From positions 54,258 through 118,257 of the forward strand of contig JBCCEF010000001.1 in assembly GCA_039030395.1 (NCBI GenBank): a stretch of 64,000 nucleotides of DNA. The letters run 5' to 3'. Below, piece by piece: positions 15,037 through 23,838 of this stretch; position 1 is the stretch's first letter; each line of letters opens with the position of its first letter. This DNA comes from Acidobacteriota bacterium. Lineage in GTDB: Bacteria > Acidobacteriota > Thermoanaerobaculia > Multivoradales > JBCCEF01. A program made the position numbers and the translations under genes. The notes below the pieces were generated by a model. That model had not been told where the DNA came from. It saw only the letters and a list, made by a program, of their open reading frames with translations, and did not search any database.

Positions 15037-16590
15037 ATGAAGAACAAACTCGCCGGTCCGGCCGCCGCTCGCCCTCTCCTTCTCGTTTTCGTCTCGTTGC
15101 TGATCGCCGGCTGTGCCTCCGACACCGCCTCGGTCGATTCGGCGGAGGCGAGGTCGGGGTTCGATCTGGTGATCCGCCACGCTACCCTCGTGTCGCCGGA
15201 ACGCGAAGCGCCTCTCGAAAACGCCTGGATCGCCATCGCCGGCGGGCGCATCGCGTCCATCGGCCGGGAAACCGAGGGCGCCCCTGAGGCGGAACGAGTA
15301 CTCGATGCCAACGGCGGGTTCGTCACCCCCGGCCTGATCGACGCTCACGTCCACCTGGCCAGCGTACCGGGAATCCCCCTGCCCCCGCCGGCACCGCTCG
15401 AACCCCTGGTCGAGGTCTACCAACGCCAGCTTCCGAAGAGCTATCTCTACTTCGGATTCACCACCCTGATCGACCTCAACGTAGTCGATCCCGAACCGAT
15501 CCGACGGATGCGCGGCGCGAACCTGGCGCCGGACGTCTACGACTGCGGCGGCGCTCTGGCCCTGGCGAACGGCTACCCGATGGCCTTCCTGCCGCCGGCG
15601 GTGGCCTTCGACCTCTACCCCAACTTTCTGTGGGACCCGCGGCAGGCAGAGCGCATCCCGCGGCGCTTCCGGCCGGAAGACCACGCACCGGCCACCGCCG
15701 TCGAGCGGGTGGCCGCCGGCGGCGCGATCTGCGTCAAGGTGTTTGCCGAGGACGGCTTCGGCCCGGTCAAGCGCTGGCCGACCCCCACCGCCGAGATGGT
15801 GCGCGAGATCGTCGCCGCGGGCCATCGGCACGGCCTCACCGTGAGCCTGCACGCCAACTCCTACGAGTTCCACCGCTTCGCCACCGAAACCGGCGCCGAC
15901 GTGGTAGTCCACGGCATGTGGAACTGGGACGGCCTGGCGGTGCCGGAAGGCGGCGGTTTGCCGCAGGAGATCCGGCAGGTCCTCGACCAGGAAATTGCGC
16001 AGAAGATCGGCGTGATGCCCACCGCGCGGGTGATGTCCGGTCTCCAGGCGATGTTCGATCCGGCCTTCCTCGACGATCCGCAGCTCACGGCGGTGCTGCC
16101 GGCAGCGCTGATCGACTGGTATCGCAGCGCCGACGGGAAGTGGTTCCGCGAGGAACTGCGCAACGACTTCGGCGGCGCACCGGACGAACGCGTGCGCGCC
16201 GCCCTCGGCGGAGGTATCGCGCAGGGCGCCGCGGTGATCGACCACCTCGCCCGCCACGGCGGCCGGCTGCTTTTCGGCAGCGACACCCCGTCGTCGCCGA
16301 CCTACGGCAACCCTCCGGGCTACAACGGCTTCCTGGAGATGCGAGAGCTCACCCGGGCGGGAATGACCCCGGCGCAGATTTTCCGTGCCGCCACTCTCGA
16401 GAACGCCCGCGCCTTCCACCTGGAAGACCGACTCGGCACCGTGGAGCCGGGAAAGACCGCCCACCTCCTCGTCCTGCGACAGAACCCACTCAATTCGGTG
16501 GAGGCCTACGACTCCCTCGCCACGGTGATCGTGCGAGGCCGGCCGGTGAAACGGTCGCAGCTAGCAGCGAATGGCCCGTCCGGCGAATAG
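15037..16590 (+). CDS. Amidohydrolase-family metal-dependent hydrolase, lipoprotein (517 aa).
   Basis: Lipoprotein signal (LLIAGCASD). N-terminal metal-binding segment VTPGLIDAHVHL. Good GGGAG RBS. Confidence 0.8.
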   Translation: MKNKLAGPAAARPLLLVFVSLLIAGCASDTASVDSAEARSGFDLVIRHATLVSPEREAPLENAWIAIAGGRIASIGRETEGAPEAERVLDANGGFVTPGLIDAHVHLASVPGIPLPPPAPLEPLVEVYQRQLPKSYLYFGFTTLIDLNVVDPEPIRRMRGANLAPDVYDCGGALALANGYPMAFLPPAVAFDLYPNFLWDPRQAERIPRRFRPEDHAPATAVERVAAGGAICVKVFAEDGFGPVKRWPTPTAEMVREIVAAGHRHGLTVSLHANSYEFHRFATETGADVVVHGMWNWDGLAVPEGGGLPQEIRQVLDQEIAQKIGVMPTARVMSGLQAMFDPAFLDDPQLTAVLPAALIDWYRSADGKWFREELRNDFGGAPDERVRAALGGGIAQGAAVIDHLARHGGRLLFGSDTPSSPTYGNPPGYNGFLEMRELTRAGMTPAQIFRAATLENARAFHLEDRLGTVEPGKTAHLLVLRQNPLNSVEAYDSLATVIVRGRPVKRSQLAANGPSGE

Positions 16591-16596
16591 AAAGCC

Positions 16597-17016
16597 TCAG
16601 GTCCAGCGCAGGATCCAAGCCAGCAGGTACAGCACCAGCGCCAGCGCGATGCCATAGAAAGGTGAGCTGAACCAGTAACGCCAGGCCAGCCACAGGTAGG
16701 CGCAGAGCACTACCAACCCCAATGCGAGAAGGTACTCGGAGCTGAAGAGGAGCGGGCCATGCTGCAGTGCGAGGTATCCGTAGCTCGCAGCAAAGAGCAT
16801 CGCGCCCAGGCTGTGGCTGGCGTTGAAACCGATCCACGCCTTCCAGACGGTCGTCTGCCGGGTGATGCCCAAGGTCGACCGCTGGAGGCGCGCGGTCAGC
16901 TCCGCGTCGCGGGGCTGGAGCTGTCGGCCCCGAAACGTGAACAGCAGATGGACCGTGCCGAGGGCGAAGACCACCGCCGCACTGGCGATCATCAAGTAGG
17001 GAGCCAAAGCGCTCAT
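16597..17016 (-). CDS. Small integral membrane protein (~139 aa), coupled to the upstream PABS-like gene.
   Basis: Four predicted TM helices starting MSALAPYLMIASAAVVFALG. ATGA overlap with the preceding gene. The longer 268-aa ORF version has a low-complexity N-terminus and crosses the neighbouring gene. Confidence 0.55.
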   Translation of the reverse strand: MSALAPYLMIASAAVVFALGTVHLLFTFRGRQLQPRDAELTARLQRSTLGITRQTTVWKAWIGFNASHSLGAMLFAASYGYLALQHGPLLFSSEYLLALGLVVLCAYLWLAWRYWFSSPFYGIALALVLYLLAWILRWT

Positions 17017-17699
17017 CGCCGGCGCCTCCTCGGCACGCGCTTCTCGCCCAGAAAAATGGTGTGCCAGGTACCCTTCGAGCCGCGCGACCGCACCGCCTCG
17101 GCCCGCGCCTCGAAGCCGGCCACGCGCAGCTTCTTGACGAAGGCCTTGTCCTGAAAAGCCGACCACACGGCGAGCATGCCGCCGGGATTTAGGGACTCGA
17201 AGAGAGCGGCCAGGCCGGCCCGGCCATAGAGCCAGCCGTTGGTCTCCAGGCACCAGGCCGAGGGGCCGTTGTCGACATCGAGCAAGATGGCGTCGAAGGC
17301 GGCCTTGGGTGCGAGGCAGCGGCGCACATCCCCCACCGCCAAGTTCACCCTGGAATCCGTCAGGGTGCGGCGGTAGATCCCGCCGAGCACCTCGCGGTTC
17401 CACTCGGCGACGATCGGAAACTTCTCCGCCACCACCACCTCGGCCACCTGGGGCAGCTCTTCGAGCACCGCCCGCACCGTGAAGCCGAATCCCAGACCAC
17501 CTACGAGCACCCGCGGCGCCGGCCGCTTCGCCAGGCCGGCACAGCCCAACGCGGCCAGCGCCCGTTCGGAGCCGGGATCGCGGCTCCCCATCAACTCCGC
17601 GCCGTCGAGGTAGATCCAGACATCGTCGCCGCGGCGATGCAGGGTCAGCGCCTTGCCGTCCGGGGTGGTGACTTCGCCGAGGGTTTCGAAGGTCTTCAT
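17013..17699 (-). CDS. Spermidine-synthase-like (PABS family) aminopropyl- or methyl-transferase (~228 aa).
   Basis: PABS-like core VLVGGLGFGFTVRAVLE...FDAILLDVDNGP...GGMLAVWS. Start taken at MKTFETL just after the mazF-like stop. The ORF-track start at 17783 would lie inside that gene. Confidence 0.7.
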   Translation of the reverse strand: MKTFETLGEVTTPDGKALTLHRRGDDVWIYLDGAELMGSRDPGSERALAALGCAGLAKRPAPRVLVGGLGFGFTVRAVLEELPQVAEVVVAEKFPIVAEWNREVLGGIYRRTLTDSRVNLAVGDVRRCLAPKAAFDAILLDVDNGPSAWCLETNGWLYGRAGLAALFESLNPGGMLAVWSAFQDKAFVKKLRVAGFEARAEAVRSRGSKGTWHTIFLGEKRVPRRRRR

Positions 17700-17703
17700 G
17701 GCG

Positions 17704-18045
17704 TCACAGCCCGAGCACAAGTTGAAGCCCGTTCGCCACCCGAACCATCCACCGGGCAGGCAAGAGGGAAACGGCTTCCGCAAGGAAGCTGCGATCGATT
17801 GTGACGAGCTGAGACACGTTGGCTACAGAGTCCCTCGAGAGATGGGTGGCCGACTTTGGCAAGACGAGGTTGCCGGGAGCCTCGGCCAGTCGAAGATTGC
17901 TGGTCAAGACCACGGCAATGACCGTTCGGATTCGACTGCGGTTGAACTCGTCGGATTGAACCACCAGTACAGGACGTTGAGATCCCGGTCCGGATCCTCT
18001 CGGATCCGACAGTGCGGCCCACCAGATCTCGCCCCGCTTTATCAC
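17704..18045 (-). CDS. MazF/PemK-family type II toxin endoribonuclease (113 aa).
   Basis: Characteristic MIKRGEIWWA...RPVLVVQSDEFN...VIAVVLTSN blocks. Confidence 0.8.
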   Translation of the reverse strand: MIKRGEIWWAALSDPRGSGPGSQRPVLVVQSDEFNRSRIRTVIAVVLTSNLRLAEAPGNLVLPKSATHLSRDSVANVSQLVTIDRSFLAEAVSLLPARWMVRVANGLQLVLGL

Positions 18046-18278
18046 CAGTCGTCATCGGGCAGAGAGGCCGACTGCATTGCGGAAGTCTCCTCGGAAAGTT
18101 CCGAGTCTTCCGCGGCATAGACTCGATCCAGCGCTTCCCGTACCCCGAGATCACGACGCGCCCGAACGAACTCCCGGACGGCTTCCGCATAGAGCTTGCT
18201 GCGGGAGACTCCCAGACGTCGTGCGAGGTCCTCCGCGCTCTCGAAATCGGCGTCGGGTATCGAGATGGCTGTTTTCAT
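18042..18278 (-). CDS. Type II antitoxin (78 aa, RHH/MazE-like).
   Basis: Small acidic protein (MKTAISIPDADFESAEDLARRLGVSRSKLYAEAVREF...). 4-nt overlap with the toxin gene. Confidence 0.7.
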   Translation of the reverse strand: MKTAISIPDADFESAEDLARRLGVSRSKLYAEAVREFVRARRDLGVREALDRVYAAEDSELSEETSAMQSASLPDDDW

Positions 18279-18284
18279 GCCCTT

Positions 18285-18313
18285 AGTATAACTCAGGTAT
18301 AACCTCCCGGCAA
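18285..18313 (-). promoter_or_regulatory. Putative promoter/operator of the TA operon, giving a near-leaderless transcript.
   Basis: On the minus strand the sequence reads TTGCCG, a 17-nt spacer, then TATACT, only 6 nt before the ATG. The direct repeats GGTTATAC / AGTTATAC span the -10 and are a likely antitoxin operator. Confidence 0.4.
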
Positions 18314-18373
18314 CGCTAGAATACGAATGACTATTACGTCCAGGCCTACCAGCAGCTCGCCTCGATCAGCGCG

Positions 18374-18769
18374 GTGCTAGGCGGCCTCGCCTTCACCGCC
18401 GCCGCGGCGCTGCTGGCGGCCGGCACGGGAACCCGAGACCCCAGTGCTCTCTCCCGCTCGGCCAAGGTCACCGTCGCCACCGCCATCGCCGGCGCCTTGT
18501 GCCTGGTATCCGCCGCCCTCATGTGGTCCTTCATGTCGGCAGACATGAGCCGCGCTCTAGCGAAGGAGAACGTGGATCTCGCCAACCGCATCGCCCAACT
18601 GAACCGCTGGCCCTCGTATGGGCTCCTCGCCGGCGTCGTCGGATTCTTCACCAGCATCGGCGCCAGCGGCTGGATCGCCTCGCGCAAACTGGGCCTCTTC
18701 ACCACCGTCTTGGCTCTCGCCGGAGGACTCGCCCTGGTACAGATGCTGTTTTGGTTCGCGGACTTCTAG
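18374..18769 (+). CDS. Hypothetical integral membrane protein (131 aa; the start could lie a little upstream).
   Basis: Three to four hydrophobic helices. The frame stays open upstream to about 18320. Confidence 0.45.
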   Translation: MLGGLAFTAAAALLAAGTGTRDPSALSRSAKVTVATAIAGALCLVSAALMWSFMSADMSRALAKENVDLANRIAQLNRWPSYGLLAGVVGFFTSIGASGWIASRKLGLFTTVLALAGGLALVQMLFWFADF

Positions 18770-18835
18770 CCAGGTTGCCAGCGCGGTGGCCTCCGCTGAT
18801 GGTCTGTCGGGCAAGCGCCGAGCACCGGCCAGGGG

Positions 18836-19462
18836 TCAGCCCGCTTCGGCCGCCGCCGCGAAGGCGACGCCGGCGAGTTCTTTGGCATGGCGGCGGACGT
18901 CCGCCGGCCAGGCGCCGATGAGTTCGCGAAAGCGTTCCGCATCGCCGGCGAAGAGCGCCCTGATGGCCTCCTCGAAACCCACGGCATCGCCCGCCATGAC
19001 CGAAAGAAACCGGTAGGCCGACTCCTGCGCCCGCCGCAGCGAGACCTTGCCCACCTCCTCTTTCCGCGCTGCGTCCACCAACCGGCGGAGGGTGACGGAA
19101 GCGCTCCCCGGCTGCTCTGCCAACCACTCCCAGTGGCGCGGAAGTAAGGTCACCTCGCGCGCCACCACGCCGAGCTTCGGTCTCCCGGGTCCGCGACGCA
19201 CGGTGGGCGTAGGGCCATCGCCCTTCACCGGCGGCGGAGCCAGCCGCGCCCGCACCTCTTCGTCGGTGCCGCGCAGGTCGAGTTCGAAGGGTCGGCTGGT
19301 GACCGCATCGAATACCAGCACCGGCCGCTCCTCTCCAGGATCGGTCCGGCGCTTGAGGGCCAGCGCCACATCTGGTGGTGCGCCTCGCTCCACCAGCTCA
19401 TCGCCGACAAAGGCCACGAGGGACGGCTGTTCTCTGGGATCCATCTGGGGTTCGCAGGACAT
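18836..19462 (-). CDS. Hypothetical protein (208 aa), DUF2239-like.
   Basis: Clean ORF with typical composition. Weak recollection of the DUF2239 family (PRHWEWL, TLRRLVDAARKEE). No other motif recognised. Confidence 0.45.
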   Translation of the reverse strand: MSCEPQMDPREQPSLVAFVGDELVERGAPPDVALALKRRTDPGEERPVLVFDAVTSRPFELDLRGTDEEVRARLAPPPVKGDGPTPTVRRGPGRPKLGVVAREVTLLPRHWEWLAEQPGSASVTLRRLVDAARKEEVGKVSLRRAQESAYRFLSVMAGDAVGFEEAIRALFAGDAERFRELIGAWPADVRRHAKELAGVAFAAAAEAG

Positions 19463-19598
19463 CGCTCGAATCTCCTTTAGGGGTTCATCCGTCGGCCCGC
19501 AATGTACTCGGATTCGATCCTGCTTGTCAATTTTATCCGGGTAAAATTGACTCCGGCCGCAAAGAGGCCGATCTCATCGCAGAGGTCTGCCCCCGTCG

Positions 19599-19967
19599 CT
19601 AGCCCGCTGCGAGCTCTCTAAGCAAGGATTTCGGCGCCTGCAACCGATAGCTCTCGTCCAACCAACGCTCCAACAATCCCTCCGGCGGCACCTCTTCGGG
19701 ATCGAACTTCAAAGTCGTCCAGCCGGACATCCCCACGCTCCACCGCCCGGCCCTGGGCTTCGCCAGAGCAGTCGCTTCTTCGAGCGCCGGGCCGAGCTTC
19801 ACCATGACGTTGTATTCGTCCGTTTTCTCTCCCAGAAAGAGGAAACTCTTGTTGCGTACCTTGAAGCTTCGCTTGACGCAGGAGTCGCCCTCCACGACCT
19901 CGGGGAATGCCAAAGCGCGGGCGCGAAGGGCCAGGATGACGGGGTGCTGGAACTCTGATTCGCTCAT
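19599..19967 (-). CDS. MmcQ/YjbR-family putative DNA-binding protein (~122 aa).
   Basis: Start taken at MSESEF. Family-like blocks KRSFKVRNKSFLFLGEK, MVKLG, WTTLKFDPEEVP and LLERWLDESYRL. Confidence 0.5.
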   Translation of the reverse strand: MSESEFQHPVILALRARALAFPEVVEGDSCVKRSFKVRNKSFLFLGEKTDEYNVMVKLGPALEEATALAKPRAGRWSVGMSGWTTLKFDPEEVPPEGLLERWLDESYRLQAPKSLLRELAAG

Positions 19968-20004
19968 GGCCTGCAGGCTAGCACTCCGCGGCGCGCGCTG
20001 GGTT

Positions 20005-21966
20005 CTAGTCGAGAGGTTGGGTGGGTCCACCGCTGCACGAAAGGCGCCCTTCGTCGATCAGGCGAGCGAGGCCCAAAAGAGCCGACACGGCGTGCTGCGA
20101 GGTGTCGATGCGTAGCTGAAAATCGGTGAGGCTACGGCGAAAGCCGCCGAGCACCCGCTCCGGTTCGGCGAGGAAAAGGGCCGAGGGAGCTTCGAACTGG
20201 GTGCGCAGCAGGTAGTCCGCCGCCGCGCAGACCGCTTCTTCTCCGCCACCGGCATCGCCGAGAAGATCCACTACCGCCACCATGCCTTCGAGGCGCGTCG
20301 AAGTCGGCGCCGAGCGCGGCGGCCGGTAGAAACCGCCAGCCCAATCCGGCGGCTCCAGACCGTTGGCGAGAGAGTTCTGCGCCCGGACCATGGCTCCCAT
20401 CATGCGCCGGGCATAGGTTCGGCGGGAGGATCGGAGAGCGTTCTCCCCCGCCGCCGTGGAACCCCTCTCGATCTCCCGCAAGGCGTAGGCGAGCCAGTGG
20501 TCATGGGGCAACTCATCGTCTTTCAGGCCCCCATCGCGCACCTCGGTCAGGTAGAGGACGCCGTACACCGCGGCGTCCAGCCACTTTCGTTCCCCGGTAC
20601 GAACGGTAAGGCGGGCCAGGGCGAAGCAGGCCTCGCCCGGGTAGTAGATGGACACGAAGTCGTCGGCCTCTCCACCGGGCCAGGTGAGTTTGTGCGGCTG
20701 GAAGCGGCCGTCCTTCTGCTGGAGGGCGATGATGCCGGCGGCGAGCTTGCGGGCGTCGGCTAGGAGATCCGGCCGTTCCTCCACTGCGGGATGTTCGAGG
20801 AGTGCCAGAATCGCCAGTCCATTGCCGCCCAGTTTGATCTCGCCGTCCTCCACCAGACAGAGGGCCTCGGAAGCGTGGGGACAGGGCCGAAACTGGTCTC
20901 TCAGGTAGCTGAGGGCGCGGTCGCCGGCGGTGTGAAAGGAGGCGACACCGGTCGCCCGGTACAGCTCGAAGAGCGAGTACACGGTGCCCGCATGGCGCAG
21001 GATGTTGTAGTCGTCGGCGAAGCGATTGGACTTCGGCAGGTAGTTGTAGCCGAAGCGCCCGTCGGCTCCGACATTGCGCACCAGGTAGCGGCCGGCAACT
21101 AGGGCGCGATTCCGCAGGACCGCCGCGGAGTTCTCACCTCGCAACCCACTTGCCGTCCGGTTTCCGCGCTCGAGATTCTCGGCGCCGGCACCCTCTGCGC
21201 CATCGAAAAACGACCGCAGGACGAAGGGCACGGGAAAGGTCGCCGATGCGTCCGGCATTCGAGTAGTTGCGGCCGGTGGCGACGCGTCCCGGCGGTCGAT
21301 CGGAGGCGCGCGATGGGGAAAGCGATCCAGGAATCCGCGCACCCGGGCGGCGCGCAGGTCACCGCTTTGGGCTACCAGTCGGTAGGCCATTAGCTCCTCC
21401 GGGTGGATCGCCGCCTCGAAGGCCCGGGAAGTCGCCACACCGACTACTCCGAGATCATCGGAGGAAGCGATTGAACCGATGGCGGAACCCCGCATGGGAA
21501 GACTCGGCTCGAGCCGGTGGACGAAGCCGAGGCGAAGCCAGAGGACACCCCGCCTCGGCCGCAGGGCCTGGCGATCCGCCGCGCGCGCCACCGCCCGTTC
21601 GGCGGTCTCTCCCCGCCCGAGGGTGGTGAAAGCTCGACCGCCATCGCTCGCCGTGAGGAACACGATGCACTGTGGAGAGCCACCTCCGACGCCTTCTAGA
21701 GCAGACAAGTCCAACCCGGCCGGCACCGCCATTCGCGTACGCGCCAGATCGAAGAGGCGCGAGACCTCCTGACGATCCAGGTCGGCGGAACATGAAAGAT
21801 CTGAGGGAGCGGAGTCGGCGTGCAGTGCGGCTGGGACAAGACACACCGCGAGGACCAGGGCTCTCAGCCTCCGACGAAGCGGTTGCGGAATGCGGCCGGC
21901 TTCCGACAGGACCCCGGACTCGTCAACGGAAAAGACCAACTCGCGCGTCACCTCGGCTCTGATCAT
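20005..21966 (-). CDS. Large hypothetical exported protein (~650 aa) with a C-terminal alpha/alpha-toroid-like domain.
   Basis: Start approximate (MIRAEV or a downstream alternative start). Signal-like segment RRRLRALVLAVCLVPAALHA. C-terminal Asp/Gly/aromatic-rich repeats (DGRFGYNYLP, KDGRFQPHKLTWPGG, YYPGEACFALARL) recall terpene-cyclase or prenyltransferase-type toroid repeats. This is not firm. Confidence 0.5.
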   Translation of the reverse strand: MIRAEVTRELVFSVDESGVLSEAGRIPQPLRRRLRALVLAVCLVPAALHADSAPSDLSCSADLDRQEVSRLFDLARTRMAVPAGLDLSALEGVGGGSPQCIVFLTASDGGRAFTTLGRGETAERAVARAADRQALRPRRGVLWLRLGFVHRLEPSLPMRGSAIGSIASSDDLGVVGVATSRAFEAAIHPEELMAYRLVAQSGDLRAARVRGFLDRFPHRAPPIDRRDASPPAATTRMPDASATFPVPFVLRSFFDGAEGAGAENLERGNRTASGLRGENSAAVLRNRALVAGRYLVRNVGADGRFGYNYLPKSNRFADDYNILRHAGTVYSLFELYRATGVASFHTAGDRALSYLRDQFRPCPHASEALCLVEDGEIKLGGNGLAILALLEHPAVEERPDLLADARKLAAGIIALQQKDGRFQPHKLTWPGGEADDFVSIYYPGEACFALARLTVRTGERKWLDAAVYGVLYLTEVRDGGLKDDELPHDHWLAYALREIERGSTAAGENALRSSRRTYARRMMGAMVRAQNSLANGLEPPDWAGGFYRPPRSAPTSTRLEGMVAVVDLLGDAGGGEEAVCAAADYLLRTQFEAPSALFLAEPERVLGGFRRSLTDFQLRIDTSQHAVSALLGLARLIDEGRLSCSGGPTQPLD

Positions 21967-22080
21967 GGCCTGGATGCTACTCCACCGCGTCGCCCGCCCT
22001 GCGGTCGACCCCACTGTGCCTCATCCAGCGGATATCCTGGCTCCCAGGAGTTGCATCCCGCCGCCAGAAAGGAAAGTGCG

Positions 22081-22209
22081 ATGATCAAAGGCGACCACCC
22101 GATGTTCTACAGCTCGCAGCCGGAGGCTCTGCATGCCTTTTTGCGCGACAATCTCGGATTTACCGCCACCGACATCGGCGAAGGCTGGCGAAACTACCGG
22201 TGCCCCTAG
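22081..22209 (+). pseudogene. Short ORF (42 aa) resembling the N-terminus of a VOC/glyoxalase-family protein. Possibly a truncated remnant.
   Basis: MIKGDHPMFYSSQPEALHAFLRDNLGFTATDIGEGW matches the first beta-alpha-beta unit of VOC proteins, then terminates. An AGGAAAG RBS lies upstream. Full-length VOC proteins are ~120 aa. Confidence 0.25.
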
Positions 22210-22285
22210 CCCGGCGGCGAAACAGTTTCGTAGCGCGAGTCACCCCAGGCATCAGGATCCACTTTCTTACCGGAGGAGAAGGATC

Positions 22286-23818
22286 ATGGGGTATGCAGTC
22301 AAGAATGTGTGGGGACAGGGAGTTCTCCGCTACCGCTGGGGAGCGAGCATCACCGCGCAGCACTTGGACTACTTCAGCCGCGCTATGGAGATCTGGCGGC
22401 GCGCCAATGTCGAGTTCGTTGAGGCCGCGCCGCCGGGCCCCGTCGTCACCCTCGACTCCTCCGACAGGAACGCCTCCGAAAGTGTGGGACAAGGCACCTA
22501 CTCGGTGTTTCTGAATACTGACTGGAGTTCCGTCGGCCACGGAGTGCACGAACTCGGCCACGCTCTCGGGTTGCATCACGAGCAGTATCGTCCCGACGGC
22601 CTGTACTTCAACACCATTGACAACTCGCCGAAGAGCGGAACTTCCGGCGGTTCCTCACGGGATGCCGGACCCCTTGAGGACTGCACAACCCACTCTCCTG
22701 CGGGCACATCCGTCCTCGTGCTGGGCCGCTACGACTACTGCTCGGCCATGCACTACGACCATCGCTGGTCGGGGTTTCCGCTGGTCGCCATGGGACCCTC
22801 CCGATGGCCGCCCGGCTCCCGCTGGAGAGGAAACAACCACCCCGAGCTGAGCGCCGACGACAAGTGGTCGATCCTGCAGCTCTACGGACGGGTGGATGGA
22901 CTGACGGTCCTGGGGGTTCCGAAGCCCTACCACGGCAACGACACCCGGAGTGTCTACGCAGACACCATCGACGGGATTCGCCCTGACGAAGGCGTCCATC
23001 GAATCCTGGTCTGGGCGACGGACGATCGAATCACCGGGTACCAGTTCACCTACCAGGACGGCCAAGGAATCCAGCGAGACAGCCGTCTGCAGTCGCAACT
23101 GTCCGGCGAACCGACAAACTTCGATCTGGCGCCCGGAGAGTTTCTCGAAGAAGTGAGCGGTGGGTTCGACAACCGGGTCCGGTGGCTGCGCCTCAAGTCC
23201 AATCGACAAGAGATCCTCGTGGGCAAGCCGAAGGCGTCGGACTTCACTTTCCGGGCTCCTGGAGGACTCGAAATCGTCGGCTTCGCCGGACATCGCACCC
23301 AGGACGAGAAAGAGCTCGCCACGCTGGGGGCGGTGGTTCGACCGCGGGCGGCCAGCCAACCACCCTTCGCTCTGGGATCCACGGCGGCCTTCGGCCCCGC
23401 CTTCGGTTCTGCCGATGCCATGACCTTCGATCGACCGATCCGGCGATTCGGGCTGTGGACCGACCAGGCGGGAGTTCACGGCATCTTCGTCTGTACTTCG
23501 GCACCCGCCGCCTGCCACCGGTTCGGCGGCCTTCGCGGCCTCTACAGCGAATTCACACTGACTCCGACGGAGCACATCTGCGGCATCCATGGAACCGCCT
23601 GGCACCACATCAACGATCTCTCCTTCACCATTCGCGACGGCGTCAGCGGCGCGCTGCGCTACACGCCGCGCTTCGGCGGAGGAACCGACGGCGAGCCCTT
23701 CAACCATGAGGTTCCCGCCGGCTATGGGCTCCTCGGATTGCGGGTCTTCGCCGACAACTCGAGCGATCTAGGGCACGGGCGCCTGTACGCCCTCGGGGCG
23801 GACTTCGGCGCCGTCTGA
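22286..23818 (+). CDS. Astacin-like (M12A) zinc metalloprotease with two C-terminal jacalin-like beta-prism domains (510 aa).
   Basis: GGAGGAGAAGG RBS. Astacin N-terminal block (RYRWG...ITAQHLDYFSRAMEIWRRANVEFVE). Zinc signature HELGHALGLHHEQYRPD at nt 22547-22597. Two G/Y-rich repeat units (ITGYQFTYQDG..., GGFDNRVRWLRLKSN; later GIHGTAWHHINDLSFTIRDG). No obvious signal peptide. Confidence 0.8.
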   Translation: MGYAVKNVWGQGVLRYRWGASITAQHLDYFSRAMEIWRRANVEFVEAAPPGPVVTLDSSDRNASESVGQGTYSVFLNTDWSSVGHGVHELGHALGLHHEQYRPDGLYFNTIDNSPKSGTSGGSSRDAGPLEDCTTHSPAGTSVLVLGRYDYCSAMHYDHRWSGFPLVAMGPSRWPPGSRWRGNNHPELSADDKWSILQLYGRVDGLTVLGVPKPYHGNDTRSVYADTIDGIRPDEGVHRILVWATDDRITGYQFTYQDGQGIQRDSRLQSQLSGEPTNFDLAPGEFLEEVSGGFDNRVRWLRLKSNRQEILVGKPKASDFTFRAPGGLEIVGFAGHRTQDEKELATLGAVVRPRAASQPPFALGSTAAFGPAFGSADAMTFDRPIRRFGLWTDQAGVHGIFVCTSAPAACHRFGGLRGLYSEFTLTPTEHICGIHGTAWHHINDLSFTIRDGVSGALRYTPRFGGGTDGEPFNHEVPAGYGLLGLRVFADNSSDLGHGRLYALGADFGAV

Positions 23819-23838
23819 ACGGTGCAGCGAACCGGTAG

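Noticed and set aside
14482-16464. 660-aa minus-strand ORF
   Set aside because: It is antisense to the HDAC-family and amidohydrolase genes, whose plus-strand products carry recognisable catalytic motifs. The product is Arg/Gly/Ala-rich with no domain.
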